From: an uncultured Veillonellaceae bacterium | GTDB taxonomy: Bacteria; Bacillota; Negativicutes; JARBTT01 | Direction: 5' to 3' | NCBI GenBank assembly: GCA_963805085.1 | Contig: CAWDTA010000002.1 | Coordinates: forward strand, 960,001 to 1,024,000 | Length of the DNA stretch: 64,000 bases | Shown: positions 28,462 through 38,608 of the stretch, in pieces | Numbering within the stretch: position 1 is the stretch's first letter | Layout: each line of letters opens with the position of its first letter | Notes under the pieces: model-generated | Told to the model about the DNA's origin: nothing | The model's database searches: none | The model's input: only the letters and a program-made list of their open reading frames with translations | Position numbers and translations under genes: made by a program

Positions 28462-28860
28462 ATGGATGAAAAACCATGGATTTTAATATTAACACATGGA
28501 AATGCGGGAGAAGCGTTGGTTAAGAGTGCTGAAATGATTATAAGTACTTTGCAAAATGTGATGGCCTTCTCATTGTTACCGGGGATGTCTCCAGAAGAGT
28601 TTATTGAAATGGTTAAAGAAAAGTTAGATGCTTTGCCAAAAGGAGTACTGATATTAACAGATTTATTTGGTGGCACACCTTTTAATGTAGCAATGGCATT
28701 ATCAAGAAATTATGATATCAGTCTAGTTAGTGGCGTAAATATTTCAATGATCATTGAGGGCGATTTGCTGCGCAATAATTTATCAGGAAGAGAATTGGCA
28801 AAAGCTGTTCAGAAAGTTGGAAGTGAAGCTTGCTGTCTTGCAGATATGCCACAAAAATAA
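28462..28860 (+). CDS. Mannose-family PTS EIIA
   Basis: ILTHG, LTDLFGGTPFN, SGVNISM. Confidence 0.92.
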   Translation: MDEKPWILILTHGNAGEALVKSAEMIISTLQNVMAFSLLPGMSPEEFIEMVKEKLDALPKGVLILTDLFGGTPFNVAMALSRNYDISLVSGVNISMIIEGDLLRNNLSGRELAKAVQKVGSEACCLADMPQK

Positions 28861-28886
28861 ATAAGAAAAGATGGAGGAATTTTTTC

Positions 28887-29372
28887 ATGGCTGAGATTAA
28901 GTTAGTAAGAGTAGATTTTAGATTAATTCATGGTCAAGTAATCACGCGTTGGTTAAAACAGACCAATGCAAATAGAATTATAGTAATCGATAACAAGTTA
29001 TCGAAAGATCCATTTATGAGTCAAGTATATGTGCTAGCTGCTCCTCCCGGTGTAAATGTTGAAATGATATCGGTCGATGAGGCCGCGACTTCATGGGCGA
29101 AAAATGAATTAGGTAACGGCAGTGTGTTAATTCTTTTCAAAACAGTTTCCACTGCCTTGGAAGCATTGGAAAAAGGTATTCCGTTAAAACGATTACAAAT
29201 TGGAGGCCTCGGAGCAGGTCCAGGAAGAAAAGTTGTTTATAACCAAATCACATTAAACGATGGTGATGCAGAAAAACTTCAAGAAATAAGTGCCGCTGGC
29301 TCAGAAATATTTTTCCAGACAGTTCCTGAAGAAACATCAGTAAGTTTAAAAGATATTCTCAAAAAAATGTAA
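28887..29372 (+). CDS. Mannose-family PTS EIIB
   Basis: GGAGG RBS before ATG 28887; RVDFRLIHGQV. Confidence 0.92.
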   Translation: MAEIKLVRVDFRLIHGQVITRWLKQTNANRIIVIDNKLSKDPFMSQVYVLAAPPGVNVEMISVDEAATSWAKNELGNGSVLILFKTVSTALEALEKGIPLKRLQIGGLGAGPGRKVVYNQITLNDGDAEKLQEISAAGSEIFFQTVPEETSVSLKDILKKM

Positions 29373-29393
29373 GTAGGAAAGGAAGATGAAAAA

Positions 29394-30140
29394 ATGATTA
29401 TTCAAGCAGCATTGATCGGTTTATTGTATTATATGGCAACAAACCGAATTTGGTATGGGTTCTCAATGTTAATACGGCAGCCATTATCATTATCAGTATT
29501 TATTGGACTAATCTTTGGGGATATGGAAACAGCATTAATTATGGGTGGTACACTACAGATGATGTATCTTGGTGCAATTGCTCCTGGTGGAAATATTCCA
29601 ACAGATGAAGCACTAGCAGCTTGTGTGGCGATTCCTCTTGCAATTCAGGCACATGTTGGTCCGGAAATAGCAGTTGCTATTGCCGTTCCCATTGGACTAC
29701 TTGGAGTTCTGCTAGACGAGCTTAGAAGAACATTATTTACAGGCCTCGTTCATATAGCAGACAAACGTGCAGAAGAAGGAGATGCAGCAGGCATAAGGCG
29801 GCTAGCATTCATTTATCCGCTGATCTGTGCATTTCCTATCCGTTTTATCCCAGCGTTTTTAGCAAACTTATATGGTGTTGATGCAGTGCAGACTTTCATG
29901 AGTTCAGTTCCACAGTGGGTATTACAAGGACTTGGTATAGCGGGAAATATATTACCAGCATTAGGGTTTGCTCTAACGATGGTCATTATTGGGAAGAGAA
30001 ACTATATTCCCTTTTTCATTATTGGGTTCTTCTTTGTAGCATACACAGGAATCAGTATTGTGGGAGTCGCAATATTTGGATTTTGCATGGCAGCTATTTA
30101 CACTCATTTTCAACCAATTAAAGAGCAGAGGGAGGGGTAA
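29394..30140 (+). CDS. Mannose-family PTS EIIC
   Basis: GLIFGD, GGTLQMMYLG..PGG, AIAVPIGLLG, LPALGFA. Confidence 0.9.
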   Translation: MIIQAALIGLLYYMATNRIWYGFSMLIRQPLSLSVFIGLIFGDMETALIMGGTLQMMYLGAIAPGGNIPTDEALAACVAIPLAIQAHVGPEIAVAIAVPIGLLGVLLDELRRTLFTGLVHIADKRAEEGDAAGIRRLAFIYPLICAFPIRFIPAFLANLYGVDAVQTFMSSVPQWVLQGLGIAGNILPALGFALTMVIIGKRNYIPFFIIGFFFVAYTGISIVGVAIFGFCMAAIYTHFQPIKEQREG

Positions 30141-30142
30141 TA

Positions 30143-31003
30143 ATGAATCAGGAAATTGTAAAGTTAGAGCCCGAAAAAATTACCAAAACAGATATTACAA
30201 AATCGTGGATCAGATGGTTTGCTTACTCAGAAGTGTCTAACAGCTATGAACGTTTACAGGCCTTGGCCTTCTGCGGAGCTATGACAGGAATATTAGAAAA
30301 GCTATATAAAAATAAAGCGGATCTAGCTGCAGCATTGCAAAGACATTTAACGATGTACAACACGCAATGTAATTGGGGATCTGTTATAAGTGGTATTACC
30401 ATTGCGTTAGAGGAAAAAGCTGCATCAAAATCGGAAGAAGTGACTGAAGAAGATGAGGATGAAGTTAGTGAAGAAGTAATTACAGGAATTAAAACTGGTT
30501 TGATGGGACCCATTGCTGGTATTGGGGACACGATTGACTATGGTACTTTACGTCCCATATTGATGGGGATCTTCATTCCCTTTGCTCTGGCAGGTTCAGC
30601 AGTTGCCGCCTTACTTCCATTGATCATTCAGACAACATTTACAGCGATTATGGGTTACACACTCTATCATAAAGGCTACTCCGTTGGTAAAAAATCAATT
30701 ATTGATATTCTGCAGTCTGGTAAGATTCAGCAGGTTATTAGCGGTGCTGGTGTAGTAGGTATGTTTATGATGGGAGCATTGTCAGCTAATTATGTAAAAC
30801 TTACAACTCCAATGACCATTACTACATCTGTAAAAGTACTTCAAATTCAAACTTTCATTGATCAGATTGCGCCCAAATTATTACCTCTGGTTGCTGTATT
30901 AGGAGTATACCTCTACTTGATAAAAATTGGGCCAAACTATGTTAAAATTGTTGGATTTCTTATTGGAATCAGCTTACTTGGTTCAGCAATAGGTATTTTC
31001 TAA
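30143..31003 (+). CDS. Mannose-family PTS EIID
   Basis: SYERLQA, RHLTMYNT, KTGLMGPIAGIGDT, IDQIAPKLLPL. Confidence 0.92.
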   Translation: MNQEIVKLEPEKITKTDITKSWIRWFAYSEVSNSYERLQALAFCGAMTGILEKLYKNKADLAAALQRHLTMYNTQCNWGSVISGITIALEEKAASKSEEVTEEDEDEVSEEVITGIKTGLMGPIAGIGDTIDYGTLRPILMGIFIPFALAGSAVAALLPLIIQTTFTAIMGYTLYHKGYSVGKKSIIDILQSGKIQQVISGAGVVGMFMMGALSANYVKLTTPMTITTSVKVLQIQTFIDQIAPKLLPLVAVLGVYLYLIKIGPNYVKIVGFLIGISLLGSAIGIF

Positions 31004-31020
31004 AAGGAAGGAAATAAAAA

Positions 31021-31632
31021 ATGCTAAGTGAAAGCCATGACGAAGAATTAGAATACTTTTTAAATATTTCTCTTACTGAATTTGAAAAAATTCAAAAAAA
31101 AATAAACAGTAGTTTTTATGAAGATGCAGTCAACTTAATTGTTGAAGCGGAAAAAAATAAATGTCGAATTCATGTTACGGGCATAGGAAAACCCGGGCAT
31201 GTAGCAGGATACATTGCATCCCTCTTGTCTTCTACGGGTACACCAACATATACATTGCATGGGACAGAAGCAGTGCATGGCTCTGCTGGTCAGGTTTTTC
31301 CTGGTGATGTTGTTATTGCAATCTCCAATAGTGGGGAAACAGGAGAATTGAAAGCGACAATACAGGCTTTAAAGAATAATGGTGCAAAAGTCATTGCGGT
31401 AACTGGAAAGCCAGATTCTTGGCTTGCGAAAAATGGTGATGCATTCCTATATGCCGGAGTAGAAGCAGAAGGCGATGCACTAAATATGGCACCTAGAGCA
31501 TCTATCATTGCCGAAATCTTAGTTCTACAAGGATTAAGCCTAGTATTGCAAAGTGTTAAAAAGTTATCACATCAGCAATACATCAAATGGCATCCAGGCG
31601 GGTCTTTAGGACAGAGAAAGGATGAAGCATAG
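31021..31632 (+). CDS. SIS-only KdsD/GutQ-like sugar-phosphate isomerase
   Basis: TGIGKPGHVA, EAVHG, ISNSGETGE, HPGGSLG; no CBS domains. Confidence 0.85.
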   Translation: MLSESHDEELEYFLNISLTEFEKIQKKINSSFYEDAVNLIVEAEKNKCRIHVTGIGKPGHVAGYIASLLSSTGTPTYTLHGTEAVHGSAGQVFPGDVVIAISNSGETGELKATIQALKNNGAKVIAVTGKPDSWLAKNGDAFLYAGVEAEGDALNMAPRASIIAEILVLQGLSLVLQSVKKLSHQQYIKWHPGGSLGQRKDEA

Positions 31633-32565
31633 ATGGGAAAGATTTTAATTACCCCCCGATCCTTTTCGCGGTATGGAGAGCAGGCAATCGAGCTAATGGA
31701 ATCAAAAGGCTATGAAGTGACGGTAAATACTACTGGAAAACCCTATAGCTATGAAAAATTCTGCGAATTATCTTCTGACGTAGATGGAATCATTTTAGGG
31801 GTAGATACGGTTGATGAACAGATGCTTAAGGGGGCAAAGAATTTAAAAGGAATCTCACGATTTGGCGTGGGGATTGACAATATTGATGCCGAAATTGCCA
31901 ATCAATTGGGAATTGAAATAGCTCGAGCCGTTGGATCAAATTCTACTTCTGTGGCAGAACTGGCAGTTGGTTTCTTCTTCACATTGGCTCGTAATGTTGT
32001 CCAAAATGTAAATGAAGTAAAGGCTGGTAAGTGGAATAAAGCTTCTGGTGTGGAACTACGAAACAAGACTGTCGGAGTGATTGGTCTGGGAGCAATAGGT
32101 AAAGAAGTTTCAAGAATGTCCCAAGGAATTGGTATGAAGGTTATTGGTTATGATCCTTTCGTCAACAAAGAGGAAATGAAAGAAAAATACAATATCGATA
32201 TAAAGTCTTTTGAAGAAGTGTTACAGGAAAGTGACTTTGTCACACTACACATGCCTTTGACAGAAGAAAATAAGTATTTAATAAATAAAGCTACGTTGCG
32301 ATTAATGAAATCTACAGCCTATTTAATTAATACCGCAAGAGGTGATTTAGTCAATGAAGATGATTTATATGAGGCATTGATAGAAAATATTATCGCAGGA
32401 GCTGCTGCGGATGTATTCTCTAACGAGTCGCCGTCAAAAGATGAAAAGTTATTGAAGCTTGATAACTTCATATTATCTTCTCACATTGCTTCATTAACTG
32501 TAAATGCAGAACTGAATACCATTAACTTAGCTACTCATAATTTATTGGAAATATTAGAAAAATAG
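31633..32565 (+). CDS. D-isomer-specific 2-hydroxyacid dehydrogenase (PGDH-like, no ACT domain)
   Basis: RFGVGIDNID, GLGAIG, LHMPLT, INTARG, DVFSNE, SHIAS. Confidence 0.88.
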   Translation: MGKILITPRSFSRYGEQAIELMESKGYEVTVNTTGKPYSYEKFCELSSDVDGIILGVDTVDEQMLKGAKNLKGISRFGVGIDNIDAEIANQLGIEIARAVGSNSTSVAELAVGFFFTLARNVVQNVNEVKAGKWNKASGVELRNKTVGVIGLGAIGKEVSRMSQGIGMKVIGYDPFVNKEEMKEKYNIDIKSFEEVLQESDFVTLHMPLTEENKYLINKATLRLMKSTAYLINTARGDLVNEDDLYEALIENIIAGAAADVFSNESPSKDEKLLKLDNFILSSHIASLTVNAELNTINLATHNLLEILEK

Positions 32566-32586
32566 CATGAATTTTGGAGGATTGTT

Positions 32587-33465
32587 ATGGAAGTAAAGGG
32601 TATTATTACGGCAATGCTTACTCCTCTTGATGAAAATCAAGAAATTAATAGCAGGTCGACAAAACAGTTGGTTAACAAATTAATTAATTCAGGTGTAAGT
32701 GGTATTTTTATTCTTGGCACAAATGGAGAATTTCATTTACTAACTAATGATGAAAAATTGGCCTTCGCAAAGATTGTGATTGATGAAGTAAACAAGCGAG
32801 TACCAGTATATGTTGGCACTGGTGGAAATAGTACTAGGGAAGTAATTGAACTGTCAAAGAAGATGGAGGCACTTGGTGCTGATGCCTTATCGGTGATTAC
32901 TCCATATTTCTTAGTTCCTTCACAGAGTGAAGTAATTCAGCACTATAAAACAATTGCAGAATCTGTAAAAACCCCAATTGTTTTATATAATATTCCAAAG
33001 AACACTGGGATAAACTTAGATCCTGAGACTGTAAAAGAATTAGCAAAAATAAAAAATATTATAGCGATTAAAGACAGCAGTGGTAATCTTGAAAATATTG
33101 CAGAGTATATTCAAATCACGAAAGATGAAGATTTCTCTGTATTATCAGGATCAGACTCCCTGATTTTGCGTGCTTTAAAAATTGGAGCTACTGGAGCTAT
33201 TGCTGCTACTTCCAACTTAATCACAGAATTGGATGTTTCTATCTATAAAAAATTTTTAAAAGGAGATATAGCAGGGGCTGAAAAAGCTCAACAGGAAATT
33301 GAAATATTACGTACAGTTCTAAAATTGGGAACTGTTCCATCTATTTTGAAGAAGGCCGTTCAGATGTCGGGAATTCCAGTCGGACCCGCTCGATTACCAG
33401 TTGCTCAACCCAAGCAAGAAGTAGTAAAAAAAATCCAAGAAATGCTGGATTGCTATAATTTATAA
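32587..33465 (+). CDS. DHDPS/NAL-family class I aldolase, probably not DapA
   Basis: GTNGE, YNIPKNTG, Schiff-base IKDSSG; lacks the DapA Arg of YNVPxR. Confidence 0.8.
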   Translation: MEVKGIITAMLTPLDENQEINSRSTKQLVNKLINSGVSGIFILGTNGEFHLLTNDEKLAFAKIVIDEVNKRVPVYVGTGGNSTREVIELSKKMEALGADALSVITPYFLVPSQSEVIQHYKTIAESVKTPIVLYNIPKNTGINLDPETVKELAKIKNIIAIKDSSGNLENIAEYIQITKDEDFSVLSGSDSLILRALKIGATGAIAATSNLITELDVSIYKKFLKGDIAGAEKAQQEIEILRTVLKLGTVPSILKKAVQMSGIPVGPARLPVAQPKQEVVKKIQEMLDCYNL

Positions 33466-33655
33466 AGGGCAGTAAAGCACTTGGTTTGGTCAGGCGGATA
33501 AGGGCATGATTGCCTTAACTTATTTTGTTATCAACTATGCAATTTCATGTTACTCGCGCAGAGTACAGCATAAGTTGACTTGTAAAAGTTATTAAGACTA
33601 AACTAAAAACGTCGTTGGAATTCTTTTCGAGAGAATTTCGTCGGCGTTTTTGTTT
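33465..33655 (+). pseudogene. Eroded duplicate of the permease 3' end plus terminator (repeat copy 2)
   Basis: 33503-33655 matches 24946-25097; upstream patches match 24847-24900 with deletions. Confidence 0.88.
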
Positions 33656-33777
33656 TTTGACGGAGCTTTTTGCAGGAAGTTTATTTTTAATAGGGAAAGG
33701 TAATAAAAATATAAGTAAATATTTAAGAAAATTGAGAAAAATAGTGCATGATCTGTTGAATAAAGGGGGTATTTATT

Positions 33778-34428
33778 GTGAAGTATTTGGGAATTATATT
33801 TGATCTTGATGGGACACTGCTAGATACGATTGAGGATTTAGCAAACTCAATGAATTGTGTCTTGCAAAAGCGAGGTTTTCCTCAACATACGATTGAAGAA
33901 TATAAAACTTTTGTTGGCAATGGGATGGAAAAGTTGGTGGAAAGAGCATTGCCATCCGAGAGTAGGGATAAAAAAATAGTAGAGCTGTGTTTAGCCCAGT
34001 TGCATAAAGAATATGGATGTAGGTGGGATGAGCGAACAAAACCCTATCAAGGAGTAAATGAATTGCTCGATAAACTCGCGGTTCTCGGTGTGAAGATGTC
34101 GATCCTTTCGAATAAGCCCGATCTATTTACCAAGCAAATGGTTGATAAATTTTTTGGCTTAAAACGTTTTCAGCTTGTTTTTGGTGCGAGAGAAGATGTA
34201 GCAAAAAAACCAGACCCCGTTGCCGCCTTGGAAATAGTGAAGCTGTCAAAAATTGCGGCAGAAAAATATCTTTATCTTGGTGATTCAGGGGTGGATATGA
34301 AGACCGCTAATGCAGCAGGAATATATGCGGTTGGTGCTACATGGGGGTTTAGAAAGGCTGATGAGCTCATGGAAAATGGCGGAAAAATCCTTATCGATAA
34401 CCCATTGGAGATCATTAAGCTAATTTAA
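33778..34428 (+). CDS. HAD phosphatase (phosphoglycolate phosphatase-like)
   Basis: FDLDGTLLDT, LSNKP, KKPDP, LGDSGVD, TWGFR. Confidence 0.9.
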   Translation: MKYLGIIFDLDGTLLDTIEDLANSMNCVLQKRGFPQHTIEEYKTFVGNGMEKLVERALPSESRDKKIVELCLAQLHKEYGCRWDERTKPYQGVNELLDKLAVLGVKMSILSNKPDLFTKQMVDKFFGLKRFQLVFGAREDVAKKPDPVAALEIVKLSKIAAEKYLYLGDSGVDMKTANAAGIYAVGATWGFRKADELMENGGKILIDNPLEIIKLI

Positions 34429-34595
34429 TGGCAATCAATGATTTAATAGTACGTATGTGCAATTAAAATAGTGGCAACAACTAATATGACAAAATGCAAT
34501 TTTCATTTAGTTGATAAGCTTTATAAGATGAATTATAGTTATAGCTGTAAAGATTAATTAAATTTTGTCAACAAGAATAAAATAAAGGGAGGTAA

Positions 34596-36008
34596 ATGAA
34601 AGTGCAGAAATCTTCAATTACTCAAACGGAAACGGCAGGAGCACGCGTTGCTGTTCAAAAGTTTGGCAGATTCTTAAGTGGGATGGTAATGCCAAACATT
34701 GCTGCTTTTATTGCATGGGGTTTTATTACGGCATTATTCATTCCAACAGGTTGGTTACCAAATGAGGAGTTAGCTAAATTAGTCGGTCCGATGATTCAGT
34801 TTCTTTTACCATTACTAATCGCTTATACTGGCGGTAAAATGGTTTATGATGTTAGAGGTGGGGTTGTTGCAGCTGTTGCAACCATGGGAATTATTGTTGG
34901 TGCACCACAGCCAATGTTTTTAGGAGCAATGGTAATGGGGCCGTTGGCTGGCTGGGCAATGAAGAAAGTGGATAAGTTATTTGAAGGAAATATTCCGGCT
35001 GGTTTTGAAATGCTGGTTAACAATTTTTCAGCTGGTATTCTTGGAGCAATTCTAGCAATTTTGGCATTTATGGGTATCAGCCCAATCATGCTAGGAATAA
35101 CAAAGGCATTGGTCGCTGCTGTAGATGTAGTTGTTGCTGCCGGAGTATTACCACTCGCAAATCTATTTATTGAACCTGCGAAGATTTTATTCTTAAACAA
35201 TGCGATCAATCATGGTATTTTAAGTCCAATAGGTATGGATCAAGCAGCGAAAGCAGGAAGCTCAATTATTTTCTTACTTGAACCAAATCCAGGTCCTGGT
35301 TTAGGTGTGTTATTGGCATACTATTTAGTTGGTAAAGGTAATGCTCGCCAATCTGCACCAGGCGCTATGATTATTCATTTCCTTGGTGGTATTCATGAAA
35401 TTTATTTCCCTTATGTTCTTATGAATCCTCGCTTGCTATTAGCGGTTATGGGCGGTGGTGTTGCAGGAACATTAACATTCCAAGTGTTAGGAGCAAGTTT
35501 AGTTGCTGTACCAGCACCAGGTAGTATTTTTGCTCTAATTGCAATGGCACCAAAAGGCGGGCTCGTAGCAGTCTTGGCTGGGGTTGCAGTTGCGACTATT
35601 GTATCTTTCCTTATCGCGTCTGCACTATTAAAAATGGGTGGACAAACGGACGATGAAGGTTTAGAAGCAGCAAGTGCTAAAATGCAGGAATTAAAAGGAA
35701 CAAAAGCAGCTGTTGCAACTAAAACGGCAACTAAACATGTAAGTAAAGTTGTATTTGCTTGCGATGCGGGAATGGGATCTAGTGCTATGGGAGCTTCTGT
35801 TTTACGCAAAAAATTTAAAGATGCCGGACTAGATATTACAGTTATCAATACGGCAATCAATGAAATACCTACTGATGCAGATATTGTGGTTACGCAGAAA
35901 ACGTTAACTGAACGTGCTAAGGATAGAGTTCCCGAAGCTGAGCATATTTCAATTGAGAATTTTTTAAATAGTCCAGAATATGAAGCGTTAGTTAAACGAT
36001 TATCATAA
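34596..36008 (+). CDS. mtlA: PTS mannitol EIICB
   Basis: QKFGRFLSGMVMPNI, FLNNAINHG, GGIHEIYFPY, FACDAGMGSSAMGA. Confidence 0.96.
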   Translation: MKVQKSSITQTETAGARVAVQKFGRFLSGMVMPNIAAFIAWGFITALFIPTGWLPNEELAKLVGPMIQFLLPLLIAYTGGKMVYDVRGGVVAAVATMGIIVGAPQPMFLGAMVMGPLAGWAMKKVDKLFEGNIPAGFEMLVNNFSAGILGAILAILAFMGISPIMLGITKALVAAVDVVVAAGVLPLANLFIEPAKILFLNNAINHGILSPIGMDQAAKAGSSIIFLLEPNPGPGLGVLLAYYLVGKGNARQSAPGAMIIHFLGGIHEIYFPYVLMNPRLLLAVMGGGVAGTLTFQVLGASLVAVPAPGSIFALIAMAPKGGLVAVLAGVAVATIVSFLIASALLKMGGQTDDEGLEAASAKMQELKGTKAAVATKTATKHVSKVVFACDAGMGSSAMGASVLRKKFKDAGLDITVINTAINEIPTDADIVVTQKTLTERAKDRVPEAEHISIENFLNSPEYEALVKRLS

Positions 36009-36015
36009 TAAAAAA

Positions 36016-36053
36016 TCACGCTAGTTAGCTTAACTAGCGTGAACTCTTTTTAT
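36016..36053 (+). terminator. Hairpin between mtlA and mtlR
   Basis: TCACGCTAGTTA-gct-TAACTAGCGTGA followed by T-rich tail. Confidence 0.7.
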
Positions 36054-36065
36054 TTGTAAGGGGTT

Positions 36066-38177
36066 ATGGTTATGAGTGTGAGTTCGAGACAACGCGCGAT
36101 TTTGAATATTTTATTGACCGAAACACAGGCAATAACCATAAAAGATGTTGCTGATCGTGTTGAGGTAAGCACCCGGACTGTGCATCGTGAACTGAATGAT
36201 ATTGAACCTTTGCTGGAAGAATATCAGTTAGAGCTTATTAAGAAATCCGGCATCGGTGTTGTAATCGATGGCGATGAAGAACTAAAAGAAGAGCTACGGT
36301 TATCTTTATTTAATCAGACGAGTGTTGAATATTTGCCAGAAGAAAGAAAGTTATTGATTCTCTGCCAGCTACTAGAAGCTACCGAGCCGATAAAATTAAT
36401 CGCTTTGGCTTATAATCTAAAAGTGACAACAGCAACTATTAGTTACGATTTGGATGAAATCGAAAATTGGTTAAATAGATACGGGTTAACATTAGTTCGC
36501 AGGCGTGGCTATGGCGTTGAATTATGTGGATCAGAGTCATCCAAACGCAAGGTGATGAGCGCTCTTATTGCTGAACATTTAGATGAATTCGAGCTTTTAG
36601 GCGTTCTTAAAGAAAATATCCATAGTAAATCAACAAAAAATATCAATACTGTTTCAGAGCGATTATTAAATCTAATCGAAAAAGAAAAGTTGATTATGAT
36701 TGAAGATTCTTTGCGAAATTTAGAGCAAGAGCTTCCCTATCCTTTAGCTGATAGTTCGTTTATCGGGCTAGTGATTCATTTGGCACTCGCGATTGAGCGC
36801 ATTGAAAAAGGCGAAGAGATTCTTTTTGATGAAGATCATCTGAAGGAAATAAGAGGAACGCCAGAATTTCAAGTAGCCGAAGTTATTATTCAAAGATTAC
36901 GCAGTATTTTTCAAATGGATATCCCTGATTCGGAAATTGGTTATATTACTATGCATTTACGAGGGGCAAAACTAAGAAATTCTTATGATGATTGGTTTGA
37001 ATTTAAAAATTTAGAGTTAACGACTAAAGTACACAAAATGATTTGTTATTGTGAAGACAAGTTAGGTGTTTCTTTCCATGAGGATGCTACCTTGATACAA
37101 GGACTCCTCACCCATATTGAACCAGCATTGTTTCGTATTAAAAAAAATATGAATATCCGTAATCCACTGTTAGAGGAGATAAAAGCTCGGTATAGCAACT
37201 TATTTCAGGTACTAAAAGAAGCTGTAGAAGAGATCTTTTCGGATTTAACGGTTCCAGATGCAGAGGTCGGTTATTTGGTAATGCATATCGGGGCATCATT
37301 AGAACGCATGGGACAATCAAATCAGCAGCAATATCGGGCACTGGTTGTTTGTTCTAGTGGAATCGGATCATCGAAAATACTATCAAGTCGAATTGAAAAA
37401 GAACTACCATATATTGCTTTGGCTAAGAATATTTCGTTGTTTGACATTGATAAGGTACCGAAACACGACTATGATTTTATTATCTCGACGGTACCTTTGT
37501 CATTAGCAAAAAAAGAGTATGTTTTAGTAACGCCGTTGTTAACGAAAGAGGATATTCACAATATTAATATTTTTCTTAGGGATATTACGTATCCTCAGCA
37601 AACAAAAGCTTCGGAACCATTAAACAGCGATTATTTGCTAAGTGAGTTAAAGGATTGGCAAACTTATATTGCCCATAGCCTTTCTATTATTGAAAATTTT
37701 CGTTTTGATACAATGCAGAATCTAAACATGAATATAGAAGACATGATTGACCGAATCTGTGGGCAATTGGAGCAGGACCAAATCATAGATGATAAAAAGA
37801 AAGTGGTTGAAAAATTAATGGAACGACAACGATTAGGCGGGCTTGGGATACCCAATGCGCAAGTGGCGTTGTTTCATAGTAAAACCGAGGCAATCATAAT
37901 GCCTTTTGTCCGACTATATTATTTAGATACGCCTATCTCAATAAAAGCAATGGATGAAAAATATATCGATGTAGATAAAATTTTGGTATTGTTGGCGCCT
38001 ACTACCATAAAAAAAGAGGGGCTAGAGGTACTAAGTGAGATTAGTTCACTGTTAATTGAAGAAGAGTTTGTTGAAATCCTGGCATTGAGAGATCATCAGC
38101 GAATTACTTCGTTCTTTGTCACACACCTATATAAATATATTTTAGCAAAGATAAAAAAAGGAGATCATTATGAGTAA
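36066..38177 (+). CDS. mtlR: PRD-containing mannitol operon activator
   Basis: Two HTH domains, PRDs (IHLALAIER, ITMHLRGA, LLTHIEPA, LVMHIGA), EIIB CSSGIGSS, EIIA; position in mtlARFD. Confidence 0.92.
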   Translation: MVMSVSSRQRAILNILLTETQAITIKDVADRVEVSTRTVHRELNDIEPLLEEYQLELIKKSGIGVVIDGDEELKEELRLSLFNQTSVEYLPEERKLLILCQLLEATEPIKLIALAYNLKVTTATISYDLDEIENWLNRYGLTLVRRRGYGVELCGSESSKRKVMSALIAEHLDEFELLGVLKENIHSKSTKNINTVSERLLNLIEKEKLIMIEDSLRNLEQELPYPLADSSFIGLVIHLALAIERIEKGEEILFDEDHLKEIRGTPEFQVAEVIIQRLRSIFQMDIPDSEIGYITMHLRGAKLRNSYDDWFEFKNLELTTKVHKMICYCEDKLGVSFHEDATLIQGLLTHIEPALFRIKKNMNIRNPLLEEIKARYSNLFQVLKEAVEEIFSDLTVPDAEVGYLVMHIGASLERMGQSNQQQYRALVVCSSGIGSSKILSSRIEKELPYIALAKNISLFDIDKVPKHDYDFIISTVPLSLAKKEYVLVTPLLTKEDIHNINIFLRDITYPQQTKASEPLNSDYLLSELKDWQTYIAHSLSIIENFRFDTMQNLNMNIEDMIDRICGQLEQDQIIDDKKKVVEKLMERQRLGGLGIPNAQVALFHSKTEAIIMPFVRLYYLDTPISIKAMDEKYIDVDKILVLLAPTTIKKEGLEVLSEISSLLIEEEFVEILALRDHQRITSFFVTHLYKYILAKIKKGDHYE

Positions 38178-38607
38178 TGTTGTAATAGCGAAAGAGCAAA
38201 TTAAGTTAAATGCTAATATTGGTGATAAACGGGAGGCGATAGCGTTAGCTGGAACCCTTCTTGTCGATGGACAGCATGTAACAAAAGATTATATTGATAA
38301 AATGTATGAACGCGAAGAATTGTCGACAACGTACATTGGCAATGGAGTAGCGATCCCGCATGGAACAAATGAATCTAAACCGTTTATTAAGTCTTCAGGA
38401 ATTTCTATTGTACAAGTGCCTAGCGGAGTAGATTTTGGCAGTGGTAATATAGCATACCTTATTATTGGTATTGCTGGAATCGGTGATGAGCATCTAGAGA
38501 TTTTGTCAAATATTGCAATCGTATGTGCTGAAGAAGAAAATGTTAAAAATCTCGTTCGGGCAACTACAAAAGAAGAAATTATCGAAATTCTTGAAGGGGG
38601 TCTATAA
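38170..38607 (+). CDS. mtlF: PTS mannitol EIIA
   Basis: STTYIGNGVAIPHGT, GIAGIGDEHLEIL. Confidence 0.93.
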   Translation: MSNVVIAKEQIKLNANIGDKREAIALAGTLLVDGQHVTKDYIDKMYEREELSTTYIGNGVAIPHGTNESKPFIKSSGISIVQVPSGVDFGSGNIAYLIIGIAGIGDEHLEILSNIAIVCAEEENVKNLVRATTKEEIIEILEGGL

Positions 38608-38608
38608 T

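Noticed and set aside
31633-32565. serA
   Set aside because: No ACT domain and embedded in a sugar PTS operon; substrate unknown
32587-33465. dapA
   Set aside because: GTNGE instead of GTTGE, Arg missing from YNxPxR, and catabolic PTS context
34844-36019. Long antisense ORFs (also 41146-41478, 49233-50396, 63369-63710 and similar)
   Set aside because: Shadow frames of well-supported genes, with no RBS or recognisable motifs
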